Assembly (NCBI GenBank): GCA_002868945.1
Contig: PKTX01000058.1
Span: forward strand, 64,773-128,772
Source: Desulfobulbaceae bacterium
Lineage (GTDB): Bacteria; Desulfobacterota; Desulfobulbia; Desulfobulbales; SURF-16
Length of the DNA stretch: 64,000 nt
Direction of reading: 5' to 3'
A program made the translations under genes and the position numbers. Shown here one piece after another: positions 1 through 10,103 of this stretch. Numbering within the stretch: the stretch's first letter is position 1; the number at the start of each line of letters is the position of its first letter. The notes below the pieces were generated by a model that did no database searches, was not told where the DNA came from, and worked only from the letters and a program-made list of their open reading frames with translations.

Positions 1-653
1 CGGCAGGGACGGAGCCCCGGCCGGTGGACAACATCCCGCGGCAGGCCGGCCCAGATGACAACAGCCCGACTGATTTTGCCCACATCTCTTATATCGGTCA
101 GTATGACGACTCCTACCTGCTCTGCGCCAGCAGCACCGGCCTGGTGGTCATTGACCAGCATGCCGCCCATGAGCGTCTCCTCTTTGAGAGGCTGAAGACA
201 CAGCTGTATGCTCGGGCCGTGACCAGTCAGGTCCTGCTCTTTCCGGAGATGCTGGAGTGTGACAACGCTCAGGCCCAGGTTTTGGAGACCTATGGGGATG
301 AGATTGCCGCCATGGGTCTGGTGGTTGAGGAATTCGGCGGTGAGACCTTTGTCATCAAGGCGGTGCCGTCGTTGCTGGCCCACCTGGGGCCTCAGGAAAT
401 TTTCAAGGGTATTATCGATCACTATGTTGCCTCTGACCTGGCCGGTTCCATGGCCACCAGACAGGAGGACATCCTGGCGACCATGGCCTGCAAGGCGGCG
501 GTCAAGGCCAATCATTCCCTGCTGCCCCAGGAGGGCAGCGCCCTTATTGAGCAGATGCTGGCCGCTGATGTCTTTTCCCACTGTCCCCACGGCCGGCCGG
601 TCTATCGTCTCTTTTCGCCGGAGGATATCAGGAAATGGTTTAAGCGTACTTGA
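1..653 (+). CDS. mutL: DNA mismatch repair protein MutL, C-terminal part (5' end lies outside the window)
   Basis: The frame is open from nt 3 with no upstream stop. The translation carries MutL C-terminal motifs: [23 protein letters not shown] and CPHGRP. Confidence 0.85.
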   Translation, partial: AGTEPRPVDNIPRQAGPDDNSPTDFAHISYIGQYDDSYLLCASSTGLVVIDQHAAHERLLFERLKTQLYARAVTSQVLLFPEMLECDNAQAQVLETYGDEIAAMGLVVEEFGGETFVIKAVPSLLAHLGPQEIFKGIIDHYVASDLAGSMATRQEDILATMACKAAVKANHSLLPQEGSALIEQMLAADVFSHCPHGRPVYRLFSPEDIRKWFKRT

Positions 654-750
654 TGAAGGCGCTCAGGGCCTGAAAAGAGGCTTTCTGGTTGCCCTGCTTT
701 ATGGTAAAAAAACAACGCATTTTTTTATATACTCTCACAAGGAAAAAAAC

Positions 751-1641
751 ATGAGCCAGTCTATTACCCAAACAAATTTTACAGGTCTGCAGCTGATTAA
801 TCGCGGTAAGGTCCGTGATCTCTATGAGGTTGATGACAAGCTGCTGATGGTGGCCACGGATCGCATATCGGCCTATGATGTGATCATGAACGAACCCATC
901 CCCAACAAGGGCCGGGTCTTGACCAAACTCTCCCTGTTCTGGTTTGACCTGCTTGCCGATATTATCCCCCATCATCTGATCAGCGCTGATCCGGATGAGT
1001 ATCCGGCGGCCTGTGCGCCCTACAGGGAAGAGTTGCGCGGCCGCTCCATGCTGGTCAAGAAGGCAAAGCCGCTGCCGGTGGAGTGTATTGTGCGGGGCTA
1101 TATCTCCGGATCCTTCTGGAAGGCCTACCAGAAGGACACCACGGTGTGCGGTTTCAAGCTGCCGGAAGGCCTGCAGGAGTCGCAAAAACTGCCTGAGGTC
1201 CTCTTTACCCCCTCCACCAAGGCGGAACAGGGCCTTCATGATGAAAACATTTCCATGACCGAGATGGAAAAATTGGTGGGCAAAGAGGAGACCGCCCAGA
1301 TTGCCGACGTCTGTGTCCGTCTTTATGAACGGGCCGCTGATTACGCCCGTTCCAAGGGTATCATCATTGCCGATACCAAGTTTGAGCTGGGCTGGTATGA
1401 CGGCAAACTCATGCTTATTGACGAGGTTCTCACACCGGACAGCTCACGCTTCTGGCCCGAGGATGAATATGCCGTGGGCCGAGGCCAGGCCAGTTTTGAC
1501 AAGCAGTTTCTGCGCGACTACCTCTCCACCCTGGAGTGGGACAAAACCCCGCCGGCTCCGGCTCTGCCCCAGGAGATTCTGGACAAAACAGGGGCCCGTT
1601 ACCTTGAGGCCCTGGAACGCATCACCGGTACCTCCCTCTAG
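751..1641 (+). CDS. purC: Phosphoribosylaminoimidazole-succinocarboxamide (SAICAR) synthase
   Basis: 297 aa with [18 protein letters not shown] and [11 protein letters not shown] chose the ATG at 751; the track ORF from 259 is an upstream extension with junk-like sequence. Confidence 0.95.
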   Translation: MSQSITQTNFTGLQLINRGKVRDLYEVDDKLLMVATDRISAYDVIMNEPIPNKGRVLTKLSLFWFDLLADIIPHHLISADPDEYPAACAPYREELRGRSMLVKKAKPLPVECIVRGYISGSFWKAYQKDTTVCGFKLPEGLQESQKLPEVLFTPSTKAEQGLHDENISMTEMEKLVGKEETAQIADVCVRLYERAADYARSKGIIIADTKFELGWYDGKLMLIDEVLTPDSSRFWPEDEYAVGRGQASFDKQFLRDYLSTLEWDKTPPAPALPQEILDKTGARYLEALERITGTSL

Positions 1642-1671
1642 TAAATCAACCGTCAGCCTATGCCGGCTTGA

Positions 1672-1711
1672 GGGCGTCGTCACTGTGACAGTGACGACGC
1701 CCCTTTTTTTT
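1672..1711 (+). terminator. Rho-independent terminator after purC
   Basis: Perfect 12-bp GC-rich stem, GGGCGTCGTCAC / GTGACGACGCCC, followed by a T8 run. Confidence 0.7.
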
Positions 1712-1995
1712 GGGTGGGGGGACCGGTTCGGCAGCAGACAGCCATTACTTGTCAGCTCAATAGTAATGATTATTGTTAATTGTAACGGAGGTGCTAAAGA
1801 ATACCCCCTCTAGGGGGCTGCCGGAGTGGCGGTAACGGCCAGGCGGATGGTGGGGCTATGCATTTGTCGATACCCTGGTTTTCCTTTGACAGAAGGCGAT
1901 CTCTTTTCGCATGATGAAACGAGCATCTCTTTGTTTTTTCGATGAGGATGGCGGGCATTTTTGTCGGCAAGAAATCAGGTCTCAGGGAGGGACCC

Positions 1996-3717
1996 ATGGA
2001 GCTTACAATCCGGATAGGGGGCGAAGCGGGCCAGGGGCTTCAGCTCATTGGCACTGTCTTGACCACATACTTCAAGCGGCTGGGGTACCATGTCTTCACC
2101 CACCAGGATTATATGTCGCGAGTCAGGGGCGGTCACAATTTCTATCAGATCCGCCTTGCCGATAAACCGGTATGCTGCTCGCGGCAGCAGGTGGATCTCT
2201 TGCTGGCCCTGGACAGCAATACCATTGATCTGCATGAGGATGCCCTCAGCCAGCAAGGCAGAATCATCTACGACTCCGAAATGTGTAAGCGGCAGGGCGT
2301 CGGCCGGCATTTCCTCTACATGCCCTTTACCGCCATTGTCAAGGAGCTTGCCGTGGCCGAGGTCATGGTCAATAGCGCTGCCGTGGGGGCGGTCATCGGC
2401 ATCCTCGGTCTTGATCTGCAACCCTTTGCCGAGATCATCGCTGATTTTATCGGTAAAAAGGGCACAGAGGTAGTGACGACCAACATCAAGGTGGCTCAGG
2501 CCGGCCATGACCATGCCGTCAGCGATTATGCCGGGCTTTTTTCCTTACCGGCCCCTGAGGCCGGTCTGCAGTCTCACATCTTGATAAACGGCAGTCAGGC
2601 CATGGGCCTGGGGGCCCTGATGAGCGGCTGTAAGTTTTACTCGGCCTACCCCATGACGCCCTCCACCGGCATCATGGTTTTTCTGGCCGCCAAGGCCGCG
2701 GAACATGGCCTGGTGGTGGAACAGGCCGAAGATGAGATAGCTGCCATCAACATGGCCCTGGGCGCCTCCTATGCCGGTGTACGGGCCATGACCGGGACCT
2801 CGGGCGGCGGCTATGCCCTGATGACGGAAGGGGTATCGCTGGCCGGCATCACGGAAACGCCCATTGTTATTGCCGAGGTGCAACGGCCCGGGCCGGCCAC
2901 TGGCCTGCCTACCCGCACCGAACAGAGTGATCTTTTTTTCGTCCTGTACGGCGGTCATGGCGAGTTCCCGCGGGTGGTGTTCACTCCAGGTACGCCTGAG
3001 CAGGCCTTTTACCTTACCAACAAGGCCTTTCATCTGGCGGAAAAATATCAGATCCCGGTCATTGTCCAATCCGATCAATATCTGGCCGATTGCCAATGGA
3101 CCCTGCCTGAATTTGCCGAGGAGGGCCTGTTGCAGGAAGATTTTCGCCTCCGGGGCCAGGCCCTGCAGGAACGGGAGAGCTATCAACGCTATGGCTACAG
3201 CGACAGCGGCATCACTCCCCTGGCCGTTCCCGGTGCGTCGCGCCACCTGGTGGTGGTGGACAGTGACGAGCATGATGAGGATGGCCATATCATTGAGGAT
3301 GCCGAGACAAGAAATCGTATGATGACCAAACGCCTCTTCAACAAGCTGCCCCTCTTGCAGGCGGAGATGACCCCGCCGGAGCATTACGGGGCGGCCGAGC
3401 CAGATTTCCTGTTGATCGGCTATGGTTCCACCTGGGGCCTGTTAAAGGAGGTGGTGGATCATTGCCCGCCACAGAAGGCCGTAGCCATGCTGCACTTCAG
3501 CGAGGTCTGGCCCTTGCCGCTGTCGGACACCTTTGACTATGTCGCCCTCCTGGAACAGGCCACCACCATATGTGTGGAAAATAACGCCACCAGTCAATTC
3601 GCCACCCTGTTGCACTCACAGACAGGCCACCGCTGCACGCACCGAATAAATCGATTTGACGGCCGTCCCTTTACCCTGGACAACCTCATGGAGGCGCTTA
3701 ATGACTACCTTTGCTGA
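1996..3717 (+). CDS. korA: 2-oxoacid:ferredoxin oxidoreductase, fused gamma-alpha subunit (KorA-type; substrate not determinable)
   Basis: N-terminal gamma-like domain (IGGEAGQGLQ) is followed by an alpha domain (YSAYPMTPST, EDEIAA). The ATG at 1996 is preceded by AGGGAGG. Confidence 0.85.
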   Translation: MELTIRIGGEAGQGLQLIGTVLTTYFKRLGYHVFTHQDYMSRVRGGHNFYQIRLADKPVCCSRQQVDLLLALDSNTIDLHEDALSQQGRIIYDSEMCKRQGVGRHFLYMPFTAIVKELAVAEVMVNSAAVGAVIGILGLDLQPFAEIIADFIGKKGTEVVTTNIKVAQAGHDHAVSDYAGLFSLPAPEAGLQSHILINGSQAMGLGALMSGCKFYSAYPMTPSTGIMVFLAAKAAEHGLVVEQAEDEIAAINMALGASYAGVRAMTGTSGGGYALMTEGVSLAGITETPIVIAEVQRPGPATGLPTRTEQSDLFFVLYGGHGEFPRVVFTPGTPEQAFYLTNKAFHLAEKYQIPVIVQSDQYLADCQWTLPEFAEEGLLQEDFRLRGQALQERESYQRYGYSDSGITPLAVPGASRHLVVVDSDEHDEDGHIIEDAETRNRMMTKRLFNKLPLLQAEMTPPEHYGAAEPDFLLIGYGSTWGLLKEVVDHCPPQKAVAMLHFSEVWPLPLSDTFDYVALLEQATTICVENNATSQFATLLHSQTGHRCTHRINRFDGRPFTLDNLMEALNDYLC

Positions 3718-4558
3718 TTATGATGGCCAGAAACCGGCCTGGTGTCCGGGCTGCGGTAATTTCGCCATTCTCAACACCCTGAAACGGGCCCTTGTGGACA
3801 TGGATATGGAGCCGCACCACTTTACCATTGTCTCGGGTATCGGCCAGGGGGCCAAGCTGCCTCACTACACCAGGTGTAATACCTTTAATGGTCTGCATGG
3901 TCGCACTTTGCCGGTGGCAACCGGGATCAAGCTGGCCAACCATGACATGGTGGTAATGGCAGTGGCAGGCGATGGCGATTGTTATGGTGAGGGCGGCAAC
4001 CATCTGCTCCATGCCATTCGGCGTAATATCAACGTTACTCTGCTGGTGCATAACAACCAGGTCTACGGCCTGACCAAGGGTCAGGCCTCGCCCACCACAC
4101 CACAGGGCCGAGTGACCAAGACGCAGCCCTTTGGTGCCTTGTCGAGCCAGCTCAACCCCATGGCCCTGGCCATTTCTCTGGATTGCAGCTTTGTGGCCCG
4201 CGCCTTTGCCGGGGCCTCCGGCCTGCCCTTTCTCAAGGAGATGATCAAAGAGGCCGTCAACCATGAGGGCTTTGCCATGATCGACATTCTCCAGAACTGT
4301 GTCACCTTTAACAAGGTCAATACCTTTCATTGGTATAAGGAAAGGGTTTATGAGTTGGAAGAGGGCTATGATCCCACTGACCGGGTGGAGGCCTTCCGCC
4401 GTTCCCTTGAGTGGGGCGAGCGCATTCCCACTGGAATTTTTTATAAAAATCAGCGCCCCGTCTGCGGGAAGGATATTACTCCTCTGCAGAAGGGGCCCTT
4501 GGTGGGGCACGATGTTTTTTCAGTAAACCTGCGGCAGGAATCGGCGTTGTTCTATTGA
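3701..4558 (+). CDS. korB: 2-oxoacid:ferredoxin oxidoreductase, beta (TPP-binding) subunit
   Basis: Motifs WCPGCGNF and GDGDCYGEGGNH. The start overlaps the korA 3' end by 17 nt. Confidence 0.9.
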   Translation: MTTFADYDGQKPAWCPGCGNFAILNTLKRALVDMDMEPHHFTIVSGIGQGAKLPHYTRCNTFNGLHGRTLPVATGIKLANHDMVVMAVAGDGDCYGEGGNHLLHAIRRNINVTLLVHNNQVYGLTKGQASPTTPQGRVTKTQPFGALSSQLNPMALAISLDCSFVARAFAGASGLPFLKEMIKEAVNHEGFAMIDILQNCVTFNKVNTFHWYKERVYELEEGYDPTDRVEAFRRSLEWGERIPTGIFYKNQRPVCGKDITPLQKGPLVGHDVFSVNLRQESALFY

Positions 4559-4687
4559 TTGCCGTGGTAAGAGGTTCAGCAAAAATCGGCATGCTGGGGC
4601 CTTGCCGGGGATTGCCCCGGTGGGGCTTGCAATGGCCAGTGACCCATGTGGAGTGATACAGACAAGCCTTGAGCAAGGAGGTAAGCG

Positions 4688-4909
4688 ATGATTACAAAAG
4701 AAGAGTTATGTAAAAAAATAACAGATATTTACCCTGATATCGGGGCCTGTGGCATTGATATCGATGTTGAATACAGCGATGAAAAAGGGGCCTGGGTTGT
4801 TGACCTCAAGAAAATGGAGCATGAACTGAAAACCTATCTTGAGGATGTGGATGCCCGGAAATGTATGGAAGGGAAACAGTGTGTTTCCCTGGGCCTGCAG
4901 ATCGCTTAA
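4688..4909 (+). CDS. Small Cys-containing hypothetical protein (73 aa)
   Basis: Strong SD AAGGAGG lies 6 nt upstream of the ATG. The composition looks like a real protein. It has 4 Cys and no domain I recognise. Confidence 0.55.
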   Translation: MITKEELCKKITDIYPDIGACGIDIDVEYSDEKGAWVVDLKKMEHELKTYLEDVDARKCMEGKQCVSLGLQIA

Positions 4910-5037
4910 CTTGTCGAGAATATCAAGAAGCTCTAAGGAATCCGGGGCAGCAGGGTTTGCCGCTATTTGAGAGATGCGGTAGCCGGCAGGCAGTGGCTCT
5001 GCCGGCTGCCTGCCGCGTTCTTGGGAAGAAATGCCGG

Positions 5038-5118
5038 CTAGACATCATGTATCGACCTGTCCAACCTCTAGAATAACCCACGTCTTCGAGGTTGGACAGG
5101 TCGATACATGATGTCTAG
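5038..5118. repeat. Perfect 31-bp inverted repeat (19-nt loop) with CTAG at both ends
   Basis: Arms are CTAGACATCATGTATCGACCTGTCCAACCTC and GAGGTTGGACAGGTCGATACATGATGTCTAG. It sits between convergent genes, and the right CTAG contains the TAG stop of the nitroreductase gene. Confidence 0.9.
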
Positions 5119-5717
5119 AAATGATCGGTAACCATGACCTGGTGCATGGCTAATTGACCGCCGCGGGGCCAGGGTGCCTGGATGCCCTTGCCAATGGCGA
5201 CAAACATGGCGATAACGTGGTCCTCCGGTAGCTGGATCAACTTTGCCACTGCGTCGAAATCAAAGCCGTCCATGGGGCAGGAGTCGTAGCCCATCTCCTG
5301 GGCAGCCAACATGAGGCTCTGGGCGGCAATGCCGCAGGAACGCATGGCCTCGTCACGCTGCACCTGCGGTTTGTCCCGGTAATAGGTGTCAATGGCCGGC
5401 AGAATAAAGTCTTGGACTTCTTGGGGGCTATTCTGCCAGTAGCGACCGGGTTCCTTCTGCCAGCTGTTCAGATCGGCACAGAGAATGGTCAGCAACGACG
5501 CGTCGGTGACCTGGGCCTGATCCCAGGCCGCGGCTCTGATCTTTTGGCGTAACTGTCGATCCTTAACCATCACAAAGCGCCAGTTCTGGATGTTGAAGGC
5601 CGTGGGTGACAGCATGGCCAGTCGCACCAATCTTTCAATCTCCTCCTCCGGCATAGTGTGCGTGGGGTCGTAATGTTTGACGGCTCGGCGCCTTTCAATG
5701 GCGGTGGTAACGTCCAT
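5115..5717 (-). CDS. Nitroreductase-family NAD(P)H oxidoreductase
   Basis: 200 aa. RRAVKHY, SPTAFNIQNWRF and the overall layout are typical of the nitroreductase fold. Confidence 0.85.
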   Translation of the reverse strand: MDVTTAIERRRAVKHYDPTHTMPEEEIERLVRLAMLSPTAFNIQNWRFVMVKDRQLRQKIRAAAWDQAQVTDASLLTILCADLNSWQKEPGRYWQNSPQEVQDFILPAIDTYYRDKPQVQRDEAMRSCGIAAQSLMLAAQEMGYDSCPMDGFDFDAVAKLIQLPEDHVIAMFVAIGKGIQAPWPRGGQLAMHQVMVTDHF

Positions 5718-6239
5718 GATGCTCTCCCTGGATAGAGTCGCTTGATTTTTTTGCTTGGTTGATGTCTCGAATCTCTTAAGCAGTTAGGTCTTGTCCGACA
5801 GCCGCAAGAGAGAGGTGTAAGGCGTCAGAAGAATCAAAAAAACTACGGCGTGAGAGTTTTTTTTACTCCTCACTCCTGCCCCCTCGCCCTGCACTGGTAA
5901 AAAAGCGCTGCTGTCCAAAGCTTATTACACCATTACGGCATGCTACCACAATGAGTAGGCTGAAATGCCAGTATGGCCTGTGAATTTTTATTTTTTTAGT
6001 GTAGAGCATGGAGAGCCAATACTCAAGAGCGGTCTGTTGCGCCGGCCCGGTTTGTCTGCCCGACCGATCGTTTCGTTATATGGAAGCCGAGGCCGTCACC
6101 TATGGTAGAAAGAGGGAAGACACCATCGCAGCATGGACCTGGAAATGAGGGCAGGCCTATGATGGAGTCTGGATGGGGACGGTAAGGTGGTGACCTTTTG
6201 TAGACAAGGCCTGGGAGCCGGTTCGATTGGAGTGGATCT

Positions 6240-7208
6240 GTGCGATATAAACAATTGTTGTTTCTGGTAGGCGCTCTTTTTTTTCTGGGATGTTTCCTGG
6301 AGGTCGCTCCGGCCTTTTCCTTTATGTACATCAAGGAACATGATCTTCTCCCCAGGCTTGTCTTTGAGGAATTTGCCACCGGCCGGGAAAAGGTCTTCAG
6401 TGCCGAGCTGCATCACCCCCTGATCCTGATTTTCTGGGGCGCTGATATTGACACCAAACGACAAAGAGCGGCCACGGTGCTGGATCTCTTGCAGGATAAC
6501 CTCCCTTTTTACAGCCAACGGCAGGTGGAGGTGGCTGCTGTCTTTGTGCAGCCCGAGCAGCTTGGAAATGCTGCCGCTGTATTGGCCTCACGCCGGCTCG
6601 ATTTTCCTGTCTATGTGGATACCCTGAGTCACTCCTTTGACAAACTGGGGGTCTATGTCATGCCCTCGTTTCTTATTGTTGATCAGGAGGGCCGCGTCCA
6701 TCGGGGCGTGAGCTATAGCCACAATCTTGACGCGATTCTGCCTGGCGAGGTGCAGGTCATGCTCCATGAAAAGAGCAGGGCGGAGTTGAACAGTGAGCTT
6801 CATCCCGAGGTTGTCGAAAAGAGTGGGGCTGAGCGGCGGGGCCGCATTGATTATCATTATGCCCTGAATCTAATCCAGCGTCGCCGCAGCGATCTGGCCC
6901 TGGAAAAGCTTGATATGGCCCTGGAGAAGATCCCGGATTTTCCGCCTGCCTTAATTGAAAAGGGCTGCCTGCTGATCAAAAAGGAGAAGTTGCAGGAGGC
7001 CCACGACCTTCTTGAGCGGGGCCTCGCACTCTTCCCCGGCCTGAAACGGGGTCAGGAGTGTGTTGAGGAGCTCAAGGCTGCTCAGGCCAAGGGTGGTGCT
7101 GAAAAGGTGGAAAAGAAGTTTGACCCGAGCAGCTGGGGATTTTTCGCTGATGATTATGAAGAGGAGGATGAGGAGGCCGGCCGGGAGGATGGCGAGCACC
7201 AGCGGTAA
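6240..7208 (+). CDS. Secreted redoxin/TlpA-like (no CXXC) plus TPR-like protein with an acidic tail
   Basis: GTG start with an N-terminal signal-like segment (LLFLVGALFFLGCF). Thioredoxin-fold-like strand pattern (ILIFWGAD, MPSFLIVDQEGRV). Helical TPR-like C-terminal half. Confidence 0.55.
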   Translation: MRYKQLLFLVGALFFLGCFLEVAPAFSFMYIKEHDLLPRLVFEEFATGREKVFSAELHHPLILIFWGADIDTKRQRAATVLDLLQDNLPFYSQRQVEVAAVFVQPEQLGNAAAVLASRRLDFPVYVDTLSHSFDKLGVYVMPSFLIVDQEGRVHRGVSYSHNLDAILPGEVQVMLHEKSRAELNSELHPEVVEKSGAERRGRIDYHYALNLIQRRRSDLALEKLDMALEKIPDFPPALIEKGCLLIKKEKLQEAHDLLERGLALFPGLKRGQECVEELKAAQAKGGAEKVEKKFDPSSWGFFADDYEEEDEEAGREDGEHQR

Positions 7209-7288
7209 GGAAAGGGGTGCCCGTCTGGGCACGGCCCCGGTGCCCCGCACTTCTTGCAATGGGTGTGGCAAGAAGTCGGCAATGGGGC

Positions 7289-8194
7289 TTAGAGCCCGGT
7301 CTTTTGCAGCTCCGCCAGAAGGTCCTTCTGTTTGCCGGAGAGCTCCTTGGGCACATCAATGGTGATTTTCACCAGCAAGTCACCCTTGGGGCCCCTGGGT
7401 CCAGTGGGCAGACCTTTGCCCTTGAGGCGCAATTTGCCGCCGCTCTGCATGCCGGCCGGTATCTTGACGGTGAGCTCATGGCCGTCCAGGGTGGGTACCG
7501 TTATTTTGGTGCCCAGGGCGGCCTGGCTGAAGGGCAGCTTCTTTTCGTAGATAAGGGCGCTGCCTTCCTTGGCAAAGAGGGCGTGCGGCTGGATATTGAT
7601 TTTCAAAAAGAGATCGCCGGGCTGGCCGCCCATCTGTGAGGGAGCACCCTTGCCCGATACCCGTAATTTCTTGCCCGATTCGATACCGGCGGGAATCTTC
7701 ACCGATACCCGGTCGCCGATATGGGCCAGGGAGATGGTTCTTTCAGCGCCGCTGGCCACCTCCTCCAGGGTTACCCAGAGCTCCATGATCATGTCCCGGC
7801 CTTTGACGGGCTGCTGCTGAAAGCCGCGTCCACCGCCGCCTGATTGCGAAAAAAAGGCCTCAAAGGGGCTGCCGGCACCGCCGGCCTGACTGAAGCCGCC
7901 GCCGAAATTAATACCGAACTCCCGCAGGATGGAGCCCAGGTCACTGCCCCGGAAGATATCCTCCTGGCTGTAACGTTCAGAGAAGCCGGATGAGCCATAG
8001 GTGTCATACTGCTTCCGTTTTTCAGGGTCGGAGAGCACGGCATAGGCCTCGTTGGCCTGTTTGAACTTTTCCTCCGCACTCTTGTCACCGGGGTTCTTGT
8101 CCGGGTGATATTTCATGGCCAGTTTGCGATAGGCCTTTTTGATGGTTGCGGCGTCGGCGTCCCTGTCAACACCTAGTATCTTATAGTAGTCCAT
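7289..8194 (-). CDS. cbpA: DnaJ-class co-chaperone without zinc finger (CbpA-like)
   Basis: J-domain (YYKILGV, KYHPDKN), a G/F region and two DnaJ C-terminal domains, with no Cys-rich finger. Confidence 0.85.
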   Translation of the reverse strand: MDYYKILGVDRDADAATIKKAYRKLAMKYHPDKNPGDKSAEEKFKQANEAYAVLSDPEKRKQYDTYGSSGFSERYSQEDIFRGSDLGSILREFGINFGGGFSQAGGAGSPFEAFFSQSGGGGRGFQQQPVKGRDMIMELWVTLEEVASGAERTISLAHIGDRVSVKIPAGIESGKKLRVSGKGAPSQMGGQPGDLFLKINIQPHALFAKEGSALIYEKKLPFSQAALGTKITVPTLDGHELTVKIPAGMQSGGKLRLKGKGLPTGPRGPKGDLLVKITIDVPKELSGKQKDLLAELQKTGL

Positions 8195-8320
8195 GGTTCC
8201 TCAAAAGTATGCTGCTCAACATTGAAAACAGAGAGTAAGTCGGCATGTTTGTTTATGCTTCATGACTATAAGATTGCTTCTCCCCTTTGACAAGGGGAGG
8301 CGGCCAGCTTTCTCCACCAC

Positions 8321-8346
8321 AAAAAAGGGAACCGAAAACGGTTCCC
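8321..8346 (-). terminator. Rho-independent terminator after ssb
   Basis: On the minus strand, the GGGAACCG-TTTT-CGGTTCCC hairpin is followed by T6. Confidence 0.65.
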
Positions 8347-8369
8347 GAAAGATTGTTCTTTTTTAACGG

Positions 8370-8783
8370 CTAAAAGGGGACATCGTCGCCCATGCGCGGT
8401 TCCGGCAGGGGCGGCTCATTGTTGCCTGCTCCTCCGCCGCTGCTGCCACCTTGGCTGCCGCGACTGTCGAGCATCTTCATTTCGCGGGCAACGATTTCGG
8501 TGGTATAGCGCTTGTTGCCGTCACGATCCTCCCACTGTCTGGTTTGAATGCGGCCTTCGATGTAGACCTTGGAGCCCTTGGAGAGATACTCGCCGCAAAT
8601 CTCGCCGAGACGGGCAAAGGCCACGATGCGATGCCATTCGGTTTGCTCCTGCTGGTTGCCTGACTGATCCTTCCAGCGTTCGGTGGTGGCAATGTTGAAA
8701 TTGGCAACAGCGGAACCGTTCTGGGTGTAGCGCACCTCCGGGTCTGCGCCGAGATTGCCAATGAGAATTGCTTTGTTAACCAT
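8370..8783 (-). CDS. ssb: Single-stranded DNA-binding protein
   Basis: OB-fold consensus ([21 protein letters not shown]), a Gly-rich linker and an acidic DDVPF tip. Confidence 0.95.
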   Translation of the reverse strand: MVNKAILIGNLGADPEVRYTQNGSAVANFNIATTERWKDQSGNQQEQTEWHRIVAFARLGEICGEYLSKGSKVYIEGRIQTRQWEDRDGNKRYTTEIVAREMKMLDSRGSQGGSSGGGAGNNEPPLPEPRMGDDVPF

Positions 8784-8942
8784 GAATATTTTCTCCTTTT
8801 AAAAGACGGAAATGACACACGGGCATATTTATTTGTTATGCCGATCCGATACGTAATGACAGATAGAATACAGGAAAGGTGATGGATGGCCAATGAAAAA
8901 GCGCTGTCGTCATCAAGCGCTGTGGAGCTCTTCGGTCTGTTG

Positions 8943-10100
8943 CTACCCGCAGCGCGAAAAGGCCAGATCCAGGTCGTCGGGCAGGCTCTGGCTCTTGCCG
9001 GCACCAAAGCCGCATTCCTGCCAGATCTCGTCGCTTTCCATGCAGAAATAGAGGCAGGTGTGGGGGCTGGCCCGGCGCCGTAATTCGGCGAGCAGGTGGT
9101 TATACATCTCCACCCGTAGTCCCCTGAAGTAGCGCTGTTTATTGTCGAGGCCGGTGATGAATTCCTCGTGGAAGAAGGTGGAACCGGGAAAACGGCTGAG
9201 GGCAATGGCCCTGAGTGGCGGGAGAAAGCGCAGGGCGCCCAGACTGATCCAGGCGATTTTCTCAGCCGGCACCATGTCAAAGAGTTGTTTGATGGTGGCG
9301 CTATAGCCCTCCTGCCAGCCCTCATGATAGATAATGGGATCGAAGTGAAAGGCCAGCTTGTAGCCCATTGCCGCCACCTGTCGGGCGGCACCGAGACGTT
9401 CGCTGAGATCGGCTGTCCTGATTTCCTCCCGGGCCATGATCTGCGGGGCATTGAGGGACCAGGCAATGATCGTCCGGCCGTTATGGTCAAGATCGGCCAG
9501 GTGGTTGATGGCCACGGACTTGGTCTTCAGCTCCAGGACGCCCCTGCTCTTGTCACGCATATAGTGGACCAGGCGCGGGCTGAGGGCGGTAAGGTGGTCA
9601 AGGGCCAGGGAGTCGGTGAATTCGCCGGTGCCGATGCGCCAGAACTGCGTGGTGCGTTTGAAGGCCAGGTCAAGTTCGTCAAAGAGGGCATCGGTGTTGA
9701 CAAAAAAGGAGAGCCACGGGTTGTTGAGGTAGGCCTGCAGGATGCAGTAGACGCAGTCCATGGGACAGCCCATGCCGATGTTGAGCACATGGTAGTCACA
9801 GCAGCGATACTCCCTGGTGCCGGGGCAGGGCTTAAAAAAGCTGCCGCGATTTTTGCAAAGCAGCAGGTGCTCTTTGCCGGCCTTGAGGTTGGCCGGGAAA
9901 GGAGCGTAGGTCACCGGTGGTTCCTGACGGTCGGCTATAATGGTGACAGGCAGGCCGGCCCGGGCACAGATCTCCTGGGCATAGGGCAGGTCGGCACAGC
10001 CCTCTTCCAGGAAGATATGGCGGATGGCGCGGCCAGGATCGTGTCCTGCGGATTGTCGGCTGTCCTCATGCATGGCGCACCATAGAACAGAGTGGCGCAC
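8943..10100 (-). CDS. Radical SAM protein of the spore-photoproduct-lyase (SplB-like, COG1533) family
   Basis: CPMDCVYC (CxxxCxxC) cluster motif with a SplB-like context. The start is either GTG at 10100 or ATG at 10073. Confidence 0.7.
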   Translation of the reverse strand: MRHSVLWCAMHEDSRQSAGHDPGRAIRHIFLEEGCADLPYAQEICARAGLPVTIIADRQEPPVTYAPFPANLKAGKEHLLLCKNRGSFFKPCPGTREYRCCDYHVLNIGMGCPMDCVYCILQAYLNNPWLSFFVNTDALFDELDLAFKRTTQFWRIGTGEFTDSLALDHLTALSPRLVHYMRDKSRGVLELKTKSVAINHLADLDHNGRTIIAWSLNAPQIMAREEIRTADLSERLGAARQVAAMGYKLAFHFDPIIYHEGWQEGYSATIKQLFDMVPAEKIAWISLGALRFLPPLRAIALSRFPGSTFFHEEFITGLDNKQRYFRGLRVEMYNHLLAELRRRASPHTCLYFCMESDEIWQECGFGAGKSQSLPDDLDLAFSRCG

Positions 10101-10103
10101 CAG

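Noticed and set aside
259-750. Upstream extensions of track ORFs: purC from 259, the kinase from 12157, GGDEF-EAL from 29528, korA from 1942, ftsB from 35609 and purQ from 37996.
   Set aside because: The extensions overlap neighbouring genes or have junk-like sequence. Internal ATGs preceded by SD-like motifs coincide with the conserved protein N-termini.
1940-1975. Sigma-54-type promoter (TGGCGGGCATTTTTGTC) upstream of korA, and a similar GGCATGCTGGGGCCTTGC near 4590.
   Set aside because: The spacing between the GG and GC elements does not fit the -24/-12 consensus (TGGCAC-N5-TTGC) in either case.
5718-6239. Possible RNase P RNA, tmRNA, SRP RNA or riboswitch in the long intergenic region.
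   Set aside because: I looked for the hallmark strings on both strands: GAGGAAAGTCC for RNase P, a tRNA-like 3' end with CCA for tmRNA, the SRP GGAAGGAAGCAGC motif, and B12 or other riboswitch cores. I found none. Only weak partial resemblances are present.
8477-9490. 337-aa minus-strand ORF spanning ssb and the radical SAM gene in another frame.
   Set aside because: It overlaps two genes with clear family signatures. Its own translation is Pro/Ser/Arg-rich and featureless.
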